Positions 42,435-54,310 of a stretch of 64,000 bases of DNA are shown here, in pieces. Position 1 is the stretch's first letter. Each line of letters starts with the position of its first letter. The DNA lies in NCBI GenBank assembly GCA_002189035.1, contig NEEC01000016.1, positions 1,054,001-1,118,000 of the forward strand, written 5' to 3'. The DNA is from Utricularia gibba (lineage: Eukaryota > Plantae > Magnoliophyta). The notes under the pieces were generated by a model. It ran no database searches. It was not told where the DNA came from and worked only from the letters and a program-made list of their open reading frames with translations. A program made the translations under genes and the position numbers.

Positions 42435-42726
42435 ACTTGTCGTGTCGCGCTGTTCCCAAGAAAAATCAATGCTTCCACTTCGACGGGCTCCCAAAACCTC
42501 CCTGTATATATACACAGAAGAATCAAATACCACACAGCTCCCTCGCTCACAGAATTGATATTATAAAATGAAGAAAAATGCAAATTGCATATGCGAGCAG
42601 CTTGTTTTTATCTGACAAAAGTCAGTAATAACTTCACAACCATACCTCCTCCGTGCCTCAAAAAAAAAAAATCAAACTAATTTACCTGATCTTTCATCGA
42701 GGGTGAGGTGGGACAGGCAGGGGCAC

Positions 42727-42813
42727 CCTCCTGGTTTGTTGGAAAACTAGGTGCGGATGGTGGTTTCTGGAACTGGGAAAGGGCGGGTTCCTGTGGGCTG
42801 AAGGACTGGTTTT
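42727..42813. promoter_or_regulatory. Candidate hypoxia-responsive (HRPE-like) elements upstream of LBD41
   Basis: CCTCCTGGTTT at 42727-42737, GGTGGTTT at 42759-42766 and GACTGGTTTT at 42804-42813. These are partial matches to the AAACCA-core HRPE. Confidence 0.35.
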
Positions 42814-43489
42814 TGGCAACTTGGTCACCGGCCGATGCTTATCTTCGGCCATTATTTTATTGATTTTATCGCGGTGGACAGAGGAACCGTAAGAATGATG
42901 ATCCCCGCTGGCGCCCTACGGGTCCAGATTTAAATACGCATCGCATCTCCCGAGGGAGGGTGCGGGCGCAGGATGCAATATCCATATCCATCTCCCCGTG
43001 GAGACACAGATCTGCTACATACTTTGGACTCGGTCCAGGCCATCGTCCTGAGAATGACCCATCCAACCCCCATGGGAGTAGTGGCGGGGACAAACGAACC
43101 ACATGAAACAACCTCAGTTCAACTGTAATATCCCCAGCAGGAGCTTGACTGGAGGTTGTGTTTCATGGATTTTGGGTTGTCCAAGGGGGGATGGGGTGCG
43201 CCTGATTGAGCTCCTCACAGTCCTCCAATGTTTAGAACTTTTCTTCCCAATGAATCTACCTTAATTTATCAGTAGCATTCACTACATGACAGAGAGTTAG
43301 CGCCTGCAGTTGGCCTACACAGACACGCCTCGACCCTTTTCGTGTCAACTCAAGCTTCCCTGCAAATCTTTAAGCAAAATTTTATTCCAATCTCTTCCTA
43401 TCCGGTATCCGGTGGTCTTCAGGTGAAACCAGTTGGCTGGGGAGAGAATGTTGTTCAAGGGGATTGAATTCTCACCAATACTGAATATT

Positions 43490-44296
43490 TCACATGTTGG
43501 ACTTGCGCTCCCATCGTTCCTTTGTGTCCAGCCTGATTGATGTATGCACATAAAATACATCATGAGCAAACATCAAGCATATACTCATATCAAATTCTAG
43601 GATGGAGGATAGAGAATGTACCCCCAGTGTAACTTTTGGCGCTTCTTGGTTCCCAGTTTTTGAGACGAAGTTTCTTCTTCAGCTGATGGGATCACCTCGC
43701 CTTGTGGCTTCCTATCATCATCCACCCCGTAACAGGACTTTGATGCTTGTTCTTCGGTTGCGGTTGTGGTGTGCTTGACTTCAACATCCCTTGTCCCTGA
43801 TCACCCATTCGATCAGTCACATAGCTCGCCAAATGCATCCTCCACAACAAAATTTTCATATAATACATACCCATGGGTCTTCTGTCTACTTTGGTTTTGG
43901 CTTTGATCTTTAACCGCTTCCTATGCAATTCCTATAAGCGAAAAAAAAAACTTGGGAATCCGGAACAAAATGCAATGCTCTTACACCAATAAGATCAGAA
44001 CCTAGTTCATTCAATTTAGCCAGGGGTTCAACTAGTGCAGAAAGAAACTTCCTCTTCTCATGAAACCACCGATTGAATTGAAAATTGCAAACGAAAACTC
44101 GTTCTAAATCAAACAAAATAAAAACCAGTTCTTAAACGTTTATCATGCGCCAATCACCAGGATTCAGCTAATCAACCTGGAGTTTTGAAACTTGAGCCTG
44201 GGTAATCCCCTTTCCTAACTTCAAATTCGGCCTCAAAGCGGCGGATTCCCCGATGGCAGCTTCTCTACGGCGATCGGCTTCTTCCTCCATCTTCAT
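43490..44296 (-). CDS. Small conserved uncharacterised protein, FAM204A-like C-terminus, 4 exons
   Basis: MKMEEEADRRREAAI...SKLQ|ELHRKRLKIK...|...KKRQKLHWG|LDTKERWERKSNM*. The exons join in frame with GT-AG introns. The C-terminal motif resembles FAM204A as I recall it. Confidence 0.8.
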
Positions 44297-45532
44297 CGCG
44301 ACCGCGAGGCACCCTCGGCTCCCCCGGGAATAAAACAAATGGGCCTTCAACATGGGCCGCCTTCATAATCCAACCTTTCTTCCTGGGCCCATCGTGAGGC
44401 AAATTTCGTGTAAACGCGGGAATGTGAGATGGGCCCACTCAAGTTATTCATCCACGCTTCAAAATAAATAAATACATAATATACATACACATATATATTT
44501 GTTTCTGATTTCTATTTTATAAACTAGGAATGTTTATGTAGACTGAAAAATTAAATTTATAATTTATAATTATACATTTAAATTCAAAATATTCAAAAAT
44601 AATATTATTTTTATTTTATTATAATTTATATTATCATATTAGATATTCACGCTTCTTGATTTGAAATATTTATTATTAATTTTTGGTCCTTTTCAGTACT
44701 TCCCAGTGGTTGTTTGGACAGGGAGTCAGATGAGATATCAATGAAATGCGGGGCCCACTGAAATACCTGCCCCTTACAGTCTGAAATTTCAGATTTTAAT
44801 TTTTTTCCGAAATTAAATATTTTCAACATTCTATTAAATTTTGGTTTTAGGTCAAATCCCAAATTTTTTTTTTCAAAATTCGATTATTATCTAATTTCAA
44901 TATAAGCGTTTTAACCAACATTTGAAAATCAATTTCCTTTTATTAAAATCAATTACTTATGTGAAAATAATTCTATTTTCTAAATATATAACTAATTATA
45001 TTATAAGATAATTGATTTTTGAGAATCTATTCAATTCTATGGAAAATATAAATTGATAGATTTTTATCAGAATTTTTCTTAATAATTTATTTTCAAAAAT
45101 AAATTTAATAATATATTCATTTGTTAATAAACAATTACAATTAATATATTTTTCAAATACGTATTAATTTATATTTTTTTATCAAGATTTTATTATGCTT
45201 ATATTCTAGAAATTTTAAACTGACAAGATAACATTTTATTTTAATAAATATGAATAGCTATACCATTTATTTATAAAAAATATTTTATATTTTTTAAAAT
45301 TTTAAATATCAAATTAAATTTATAATAATCATTTTTTAGAAACACTTTAAAACATATATAATTTTAATTCAATCAAAAATTTTATTTTTATTAAAATTAA
45401 TTGATTTTTCTGACAAAATAAGTATTTCAATTTAAATATATGATTAAATTAAATTATTTTAAATCACTCGTTTCAAAGACGAATGAAAAACGCAATCTGA
45501 AGATATGAATCTAACCCTCGACGGACCTGGCG

Positions 45533-45835
45533 ATGCCGCGCGATCGGAGCAAAAGCGGCCGGAAATTGCAAACATCTGGTGGCGGAAAAGAACAAAACTC
45601 GCCTGATATTCGAGATTCGTTCCCCATCTCGGTCCTTTCGAATCAGCCCAGCCTCTCATCTTTCTTTAAAGAGTCATCTCCAGGAATTGTTGCCCCGTCC
45701 TCCGACTTCTTCTTATCCCCTTATTCCATATTCGGCGACCCTGCTTTTGCCCCAAGTCCACTATTCCCATCCACCGCTCCACACTATGGCTCTCCGCCTC
45801 CTCAAAACGCCTTCCAATTAAACCATAGAGAATGA
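45533..45835 (+). other. Unassigned 100-aa S/P/F-rich ORF in an isolated GC-rich island
   Basis: Single ATG-to-stop ORF flanked by very AT-rich DNA. No recognisable domain. Confidence 0.2.
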
Positions 45836-47719
45836 TTTACAAATCTTGCTACGTATTCAAATCACAAAAATGGTGTCTACTCTTTTACTATTATTCATGT
45901 TATTTAAAAATAGGCATGATTAAAAGTTCTCAATATTAACTATTTGTAAAAATTAATACCCAGTATTTATATAAGTATTTTAGTATAAATAATTTATATC
46001 CAATAATTGGTATTAGTAATACTCAATCATTTAAAAAATTTGATAAAATTGTTTAAAATTGCTATTGCGATTTTACCCAACAAAATTAGACAGTGTTTGG
46101 TTGATTCAAATAGAATAAAATGAGTTTGATTTATCTAAATATAAATAAAAATAACATAGAAAGATTAATTTTTATTTCATGTTTAATTATTTATAGAAAT
46201 AAAATTAAATGTTTAATTAAAATAAGAGATGGGTTTGATCCTAAATAAACTCATGCACATCAGATTAAAGAAAAATCTATATAATTTTGAATTTATTTAA
46301 ATCCATCAACTAAACATTATGTAATCTATAATACTAATTTTAAATCCATATAATCTCATCAACCACATATACGAATTCATGGATTTGGTGTAAAGAGGTA
46401 AAATTGCACTAAAATTCATATACCTACTATTTTATTATTATATTATTTTTAAAAGCTCGTTTCGAACTGATTGTATAATGTCAAATTACTCTAGATTCTG
46501 AATTTCACGGGCACGCGCGCGGGGATCCTGTCATTGCATGGTTTTTCAATCCTATGATTGGGGGCAGTTTAATGGGTATTTTTGAAATTTATCCACTGTC
46601 CATTTATCTCATATATACCACGCACAAAAAAAATATACATAGGATGGTTAGATTTTTAATACAGTAAAAATACAGTGGATATTTTTCAAAAAAAACCCAT
46701 TGTTTAATCCAGTGCTTCCAGTTGAATTTTATTATTATTAAAATTGAAGTTGGGGAAAAAAAAAAAGCGTACTACGTAGTCGGCAGATTTTAGAAAAGGA
46801 AATGAATATTCCCCCGCCACTAAAACGAAAATTGAAATAGAAAAGGAGGGGAGGGAGGGGAGGGGAAGATGCGAATTTGATGGGGCATTATGAAGAGAGG
46901 TATGGGGAGAAGACGGGTGGAAGATAAGAAGAAAGATTACAAGCTCACTTTTTCCAAATCCGTATCCCCGATTCACATCGCACATGCACCACATCCACCT
47001 TTTTTATTTTATTGGTGTTTGTCTTGTACCGTCAATGATTCCCGAGGACACGGACACGGACACGTCCCCGGTTTAGTTGCGGTTCGCCCGGTGAGTCCCC
47101 ATGGGAGAAGAGATGAGACTTGGCCACTGAGCCGCAGAGGATAAGGCCAACTTGACACGTGAGACTACTTCCGTTACTGTGCTTTGTGATATATATAATA
47201 AAGATTATAGGAATGTAAAAAATATATTTTTTTCAAGAATTTGAATCCTAATTGCGTGAATTATTTAAAAAATGTGTTCAAAACAGTGAAGTAAGTAGTA
47301 GTTGGTAGATGGGAACAGTGAAGAGTAGGAAGAGGAGTGGGAGGGGGCAGACATTCAGCACGCAACTACAACTACAAGTACACGTTTTTTATGTGATGCT
47401 TTTCCATGTGTTTTTGGAGAAGCAGCCTCCACGTTAAGGCCTGCACACCCGTTAAAAAAAAAGGTTGTCTGAAACAGCTACGGTTTCCATAGAAGGACAA
47501 GCAACCTGAGATAACTTACCCCAGCGAAGGAAGAAATATTCTGATCCAAATGGAACATAAACTTTAATGGGGTGGTCTCTGTGTGTGTGTGTGTGTGCAT
47601 TGTTGGATTGATCAAGGGAATAGTCTTTTAAGGCGCCCCCTGACGATGCGTTAATCTGGAGATGAGATTCTTCGGGTTGTCGGCAACTTGAGTAGGGGAG
47701 AGGGCCTCCTCGTCTCCAT

Positions 47720-47726
47720 TATAAAT
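47720..47726 (+). promoter_or_regulatory. TATA box of MIR156/157 primary transcript
   Basis: TATAAAT lies about 145 bp upstream of the first hairpin and is followed by a CT-rich leader. Confidence 0.6.
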
Positions 47727-47863
47727 GCATGCTTCGGGGGGACTTGAATCACACAGCTCACAGCACAAGCAGCTCCTCTTCTGCTTCTGCTGCTTCCTTT
47801 TCTCTTTGTGGAGTTTCTGTGTTTGGTTTTGGGGTGCCGGGGCGGTGGTGTGAGGTGGTTCAG

Positions 47864-47960
47864 GTGATGTGCTGACAGAAGATAGAGAGCACAGATGATG
47901 ACAATACATGGAGGGCATGTATTTCAATCTTTGTGCTCTCTATGCTTCTGTCATCACCTC
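47864..47960 (+). ncRNA. MIR157: MIR157 precursor hairpin
   Basis: Mature CTGACAGAAGATAGAGAGCAC (47872-47892) and complementary star GCTCTCTATGCTTCTGTCATC (47935-47955). Confidence 0.95.
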
Positions 47961-48091
47961 TTTGCCCCTCACACTGTTGTTTCCTGTATCTTCAGTAGAG
48001 AATTTGTTTGGACGTCGCAAGCACTGCTTCATTTCTAAGTAGTTAGCAGCATGAAATGTTACATTAATTTCCATGTGCAGGTTGAGCAAGC

Positions 48092-48186
48092 GTTGTTGAC
48101 AGAAGAGAGAGGGCACAGATGAGGGAAGTACACAAGGAATCGTACCTCCTACCAATTTGTGCTCTCTCTTCTTCTGTCATCACGCT
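48092..48186 (+). ncRNA. MIR156: MIR156 precursor hairpin (variant mature sequence)
   Basis: Mature TTGACAGAAGAGAGAGGGCAC (48096-48116) and star arm GTGCTCTCTCTTCTTCTGTCATCAC (48159-48183). Confidence 0.9.
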
Positions 48187-48389
48187 CAGGAATGGCTCAT
48201 CTTCAAACAAGTCTCCTTTAGGAGCATACACCTGTCAGATGCTATGTAGTGTACTGTTTAGAACAAGGTATAAAAAGTACAAAACACAGACCCAAAACCT
48301 TATTATTGATGAAACACATGAGTTGGTGAATTATTTCAGTGTCCTAGTGCTCAAATGCATCTGCTCTGGTCGCGCAACAAAGAAGGTTA

Positions 48390-50008
48390 TCAGAGAGGCA
48401 AAAGTAAGACTGGACAAGGAATGAACTCTGCTAACAGGTTGGCGTCAACGTGCTTGGAGTGAATAGCTTCCATGCTTAGCACAACTAGATCCATGTTCAT
48501 CTCATCTGCAACCTCTCCTATTATTGCAGTTGGCTTCTTTCCTTGTCCGAGTCGCTCCAGCAGCTTGAATTCCTGGAACCCCCCTGCAGCAAACGCCAAC
48601 AATGTATCCATTTTGTTATCTGAAGTGTTTGAGTTAAGTCAGAGTTTTTACTTTTTCTGTCTAATCTACAAAGTCCTCGCATATCTTTCACCTCTACCTC
48701 GTTGTGTTATCTCAATCCTCCGGAGTTGAAAATAAGTGGATGTGAAAACACCATGGGCAACTCTAAATCAATACTTTGATTGACAGACATATCCATACTT
48801 TTACTTCGAAAAGACAATGCCTCTATGCGTTCACGTTATGAACAAACAAATGCCTTATGAAATCCATCATTTTACATTCACCAGCAGGCAGAAAATGGAA
48901 TCTATGCTGGTGGAGAGAAAAAAACGATTTCCTTTCCTAACTATTCTGATAAAATTGATATGCAAACTACTGCGTAAAAGATGGACAAGTTGCTGAACCA
49001 AGGTAAGAAGGCTCAGAGACCTACCTTGGGCTAAATGAAACCGGATGCTAGCAACTTGAGTCTCATGCTCCACCAACTTTTCTTTCTCATTCTCATCAAC
49101 AACTGAAAAATTCTTCATTTCAAGAAAAATATCATCTGCTAAAAGATATTCTTGTATTTGGTTTCGGGACATACCAACAACTGTTATATCACCCCCATAT
49201 TTCTTTGCCAGAGCTGCAGTTGTAGCTGTTGCCTGCTCAAACAAAGCTTCAAACTATGAAAGAAAGAACTCGAAGATGAACTAAAACATTACGCCAATCA
49301 AAGACAACCCAAGAAGATCATTTCCTCCCATCTAATACAACTTAGATTTAGCTTGAGCCATCAACAAGAATCTCTGAATATAATTGAGGATGTGAATTTA
49401 TCAATAGATGACCACGTTCTACAGCTCTGATAATTCAACTTTCACGTTTCTTAACAAAGAGAACCACAGGGTATCAACATTTTTATCAGAAACGTGAAGA
49501 AAAAATTAAGTTACCTGTTTTGTACCCTCAGTAAGATACGGGTTTCTATCAATCACTGGCAAAAGCAACTGCTTGAAACTACCAAATGTATCCTCTACTG
49601 AAGTTTTTTCAGGATCATTCGCTTCGGATTTAACTGAAAAAAATGTAAGCAAGCAGAGACTATAAAAGCAAAACTGGAGCACTTCAATACAATAGCTAAT
49701 TAGCAAAAACACTCAATCCGAATTCCTGCAAAAAAATAACATCAGAGGTTCCCGTACATCCATAGAAAACTGCAATTATGAAACTTCTTATCAATTTTTT
49801 TTCTCATTTTCTCGTTTAGCGCCAATTCACATGTCGTTCCTAATAAAGACTCCAACTCACCTCGAAGAGAAGCTCCCCGATGTTTGGCACAAACGGAGGA
49901 ATTGGAAACCTTGGCAGTCCGCCAGCATGCGGAAGAAGAATGAGACCCGCAGAAGCGGATTTCGGCGGCTTCACGCGGAGGAGCGAATCTGCAGTACACG
50001 AGAGCCAT
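48390..50008 (-). CDS. Plastid-targeted universal-stress-protein-like (adenine nucleotide alpha hydrolase fold, At5g66090-like), 5 exons
   Basis: FKQLLLPVIDRNPYLTEGTKQ|ATATTAALAKKYGGDITVV|...|GFQEFKLLERLGQGKKPTAIIGEVADEMNMDLVVLSMEAIHSKHVDANLLAEFIPCPVLLLPL*. Confidence 0.9.
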
Positions 50009-50320
50009 GGGAGGAACTGGAGAAAGAGAAGAGTTCTAGACTCAAGATTTTTTTTTTTTGTAAGTATTAATTCAAATGAAATAATATTGAAAAAATAAAT
50101 GTTCACATGAATTAATTTAGTTATAGTATTCGTAAATTAGATTAAAAAAATATTCGATATAATTAAATATGTGAAAATGTAAATTATTCAGATAATTTAA
50201 TTTTTTATTTAAAAATTGTTTAAATGAGGAAAATTTTTAAAAAGAGAGAGCATCCTTGGTCTGCTGCTCCTTCCTAGTCTCCTAGGGCGTGTGTTCCACA
50301 ACTCCAAGATTCCAGGAGGG

Positions 50321-51313
50321 ATAGCGGGAATCAAGTGGTCGCCGGACGATTCCTAGGTGTCTCAGACGGCGCGGAAGGCTGCTGCCGTGGATATGATCTC
50401 CGATGATGATCCCACAGTGAACGTGGAATCGTGGTCCTTCAAGAGCGACTATGGCAGTACTCTAGACGACGACCTACATCGCGCTGATGCAGATGGAGCG
50501 CTCTTTGTGGTGTCCTTTCGTGCCGCCTCAGATTACATGGCAATTCTTATGCATTTTGATAATCTTTGTGTAGTTTTCGTTTTTTGGATTTTAAAGGTAT
50601 TTCGTTTAAAATGTTGATGTATTGAGTGGAAGCTGTGACGAGGAAGGGCCAGATGACGAGCCTGTTTCATCAATCCATGGGTACCAGAGTTATTGGGATT
50701 TGACGTATGTAAAAAACTCTTCTGCTTGGTGTGTTCTAGATGTAGGAAATGGTGATGGATTGCTTCTCCAGGAGCTCACTGGCTCTCTCTATTCGAGCTG
50801 TTAATGCTGCTGTGTGTTATCCTGCCATCAGCTTTCTCATCAATATGTCTTCTGTCTTAATGCCTCTTAAGGTTGACGATGTTCTTGACGCAAACTAGAT
50901 GTGAAGTTTCAGCTTGTCAGAGATAAGGTATTTGGTTTACATCCTGGTGGTCCTCTTCGAAAGGTAACTTGCTATCTAACCCCTGTTTCGAAATTCCCCG
51001 CAAGTGTTTTCTACTGCTAGGGATCACAGCTTTTACATCCTTTTAGAACAACGTGCTGGGGATTCCATAGAGCACGCATCGCATCGTTTTGCTTCTACTC
51101 ATTTTTTCCTCCCAATGATGCTGCGGTGCTCTCCCTGGATCTCAGATTTACTAGTCATCACTGGTTGGGTTTCTCAGGTGATTCCGGTGTGATGAATTGT
51201 TGGATGAGACGGAGTCATTCATCCGGCGCGGTGGCGGAGAATCCGAGAGCCCCATCAAGCAGGATGCAACAAACTCATCATGTCGGAGGACGGTGGCTTT
51301 TCTAAGGAAGTGA
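50321..51313 (+). pseudogene. Pseudogene of EFM4/METTL10-type protein-lysine methyltransferase (At1g66680/AR401-like)
   Basis: The start is ATA instead of ATG (IAGIKWSPDDS*, early stop). Then SDDD..ESWSFKSDYGSTLDDD.HRAD, GYQSYWDLTY fused by a deletion to AWCVLDVGNGDGLLLQEL, frameshifted VDDVLD..KFQLVRDK..GLHPGGP, and terminal TVAFLRK*. The first donor appears degraded. Confidence 0.85.
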
Positions 51314-51674
51314 TGAACAAAGTGTTATGTTTTTTGTTTGTTTTCTACTGGATAGAGCATATGAATTTAAATTTTACAAGGCTAATGATTAAGCCCCTTC
51401 AACCAAAACCCTAACCCTAATCAACGCAAAGCACCCTCATTTGGATCAACCAAGGATTAGGGGAGTACCGGGTACTCCAATGGTCCCATCTTGGGAAGAG
51501 GTGGAGACAGCCTTGTCTGGTGCTAAATTCTACACCCATCCATGAGTACGTACAGGCGATATTTTTACTGATCACAGCTTTCAATACAATCGAAAATGAA
51601 ACTCATGCGCTAAGAAACCCCTTATTTGAGATAACCCAGATGAGTGCAGAATCACTGCAAGGGGAAGTTGAGGT

Positions 51675-52816
51675 TCAGGGTTCTCCGCCGAGCTCCACTC
51701 TCAAGTTGTCGTAAGGATAAACCTTAGGAGTCTGGCAACAAGAAAAAGGAAACCGCATGTCATGAAACTTTTAATCGAGAACTGTCCCACAAATAAACAA
51801 ACCACGGACTCAGAGCCTCAGGAATCAAGATGCACACATAATCGTATGCCATTTCCCTTCACCAGCAAGCAAAAGCAGAAACAAAACAATTGAATTGCCC
51901 AACTAACAAATATTTACTTCAATTTCTAGAACTGGAGCTGATCCAATAGCTTATCTTGGTGAATTCTTTATTACAAGGATAAAGGAAAGCATAGACGTCA
52001 TATAAACCATTGGCATTTAAGGGAAACATGAACGCAGTAGAAGCATAAAATCAAGCATTCTGCCAGTTAATGTCCAAAGAGGGTAGCAAAGGAAACCTGG
52101 ACCTAGCTCATTTCTACCGATAGAAACAATTTTTATGTCTTTGGTTGCTGAGAGTTGCAAGATCTTCTTTTTACCCAGGTAAATTTACACAACCCAAGTG
52201 AAGATCCATAAAAATCAACTTTTATAGATTGAAGTTAGTTTTCCAATGCACATATCTTCATGATGCCAGAACCTGAAAGTCTCAAGGCAATGAAAAACAA
52301 AAAAAAGAATAGAACTTACGAAGGGAATTTTGGAGGCCTTGTCATTCCACACAGCTAGCAGCCCCAGAGAGGCGAAGAAGCCCAATCCTCCGCACAACCA
52401 AGCCAATGCCTCGTACTAAATTAAATCCGACAAACAGTAATTTAAGAACCAATTGGAAACAAACGATCACGCTCCCGATACCCAATCCAATCCAATTTCC
52501 CGCATCCTCTTACCTTTCCAACAGTATCAGCTATACGATCGATGCAGGGCTCTGGAAAGGGGGTACCATTATCCCACGTAAGTTCATCGTTCACCGCAAG
52601 CTGCAACGCCAACAATTATTAGCGAATGCGAGGGCACGCCAATTCGACCGAAATTCCAAACTAGAGAAAGATAATCACCGGCTTGTCAGGAACGATATGT
52701 CTTCCCACTGGAAGGCCCATTCCAGATCGCCGCCGTAGAGCACCGGCAGACGACCTCGAAACGGCGCCGTTTCCGCCTAGTATCCGCGACGCAACGTGGC
52801 TCAGTCTTCCTGCCAT
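51675..52816 (-). CDS. NDUFB8: Mitochondrial complex I subunit NDUFB8 (ASHI), 4 exons
   Basis: MAGRLSHVASRILGGNGAV...GMGLPVGRHIVPDKP|LAVNDELTWDNGTPFPEPCIDRIADTVGK|YEALAWLCGGLGFF...KASKIPF|TPKVYPYDNLRVELGGEP*. Confidence 0.95.
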
Positions 52817-54168
52817 TCGAACCAGTACACCTCCCCACACCCACTCCCATTTCCCAATTTGTAATGGAGATAATTGGGCCTCCATATAGCCTGACAACTT
52901 ACCTGGCCCATTAACAATGGTTAATGGGCCTCCCACGACGACTCACTCACCATCTCATGTACAAAAAACAGTCCAATGAAAGGGCGCCACGCGTACCAAA
53001 AAAGTAAATAACACGAGGCTGCAAGGTAGATGACAGGTGTATTATTGCTGTATGATTCGGATTAACAAAGTGTTAGATACAGACAAGATATATGATTGTC
53101 CGCATTTAGGCCAACCAATGAATCCACATGTGTGGGCCATCCATCAAAAGGACTATCTATTTTTAGTAAAAAAAATAATTTTCAAGAGTTTTTTATATTC
53201 ATATATTTTTGAAGTCAGAATTAGTTCAATAACAAAATTACTATAAAAAATATTTCGAATAATATTTTATTCCAAGTTTTTTAAGAAAATATAAAAATTA
53301 ATGGCATACAGTAAAAAAAAAAACTCTGAGGAGGGACATGTGGGTCAGGGAAGGCGTGGACGGGAGGACCGCGACTGTAGCGTATGTTGATTGAATTTAC
53401 GGTTTTGTCCATCCCTCGTGGCTTACTTTAGGAGGGTGTGATTTCCAAGGATGACTATTTTCGGGATTTCATGAGGTCCCCTGGGAAGGTTATTAAATGG
53501 TGTTAATGCAAGCGAGGCAGGAGTATTTGTTTTTATGTGCTGCTCATGTGCAATTCAATGCCTTGCTTGCACTCAATTGTCCCTCTCGTGTAGAATGCTT
53601 GTTACCCTCCTTTTTTTAGGGCCAATGTCTCAATTATTTACCCAGACGGTAAATAATTGATTTTTCATATGTTTTATTCTGAATTATTTGAAATCGAATA
53701 AGTGTCAAACTAGTTAAATAAGTCAAATATTCACGGATTAAAAAGATAACGTGCTTAAATAGAAGTATACTCTTAATCTTGTATAAATACTTTTTTTTCG
53801 AAATAGAATAAAATTATTAAAAATATATGCAATTTATGAGCTAGTGATGAGTGAAATTTTTAACATTATTGATAAAAAAATTGGTTTTTTTATTTCGTTT
53901 TAAAAAAATCATATACAATTAATTAGATAATGCAAGATAAGTGAGTTAGTAATGGTATTACACATTGGTTATTAAGTTTTTTTCTGTAAAAGAATAATAT
54001 AAAATCGTAAGGATTAAACACCTGAACTGAACAATATTGTATAAGTATATTAGGGGTTATCACAGGGATTGGGTTAATTGAAACAATTTATAAGTAAAAT
54101 AATAATAAATTGGAGGGGTGGAGTAATTTAATTTGAGGAATATTCAATAATGGTGATATGTATTAATT

Positions 54169-54184
54169 GGGGGGGGGGGGGGGG
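54169..54184 (+). repeat. G16 homopolymer in LRR-RLK promoter
   Basis: 16 consecutive G in an AT-rich context. Confidence 0.85.
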
Positions 54185-54285
54185 ATTTAATATTTGTATG
54201 GGGGCCACCGTATCGTCTTACAGAGTGTACAACTCATTTTCGTTAAATAAATTTAAAGAAGAAAAGAAAAACCCTACCCCTGCTG

Positions 54286-54310
54286 CTCTCTCTCTCTCTC
54301 TCTCTCTCTC
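54286..54310 (+). repeat. (CT)n microsatellite / GAGA element at LRR-RLK 5' end
   Basis: About 12 CT units, roughly 200 bp upstream of the ATG. Confidence 0.8.

Noticed and set aside
46769-47381. GTAC (SPL-binding) cores upstream of MIR156/157
   Set aside because: Three 4-mers in about 1 kb is chance level.
50308-50328. miR390-like core CAGGAGGGATAGCG
   Set aside because: There is no convincing hairpin partner, and the sequence overlaps the mutated start codon of the methyltransferase pseudogene.
53444-53456. miR169-like CCAAGGATGACT
   Set aside because: Only 12 nt match, and no fold-back partner is visible.
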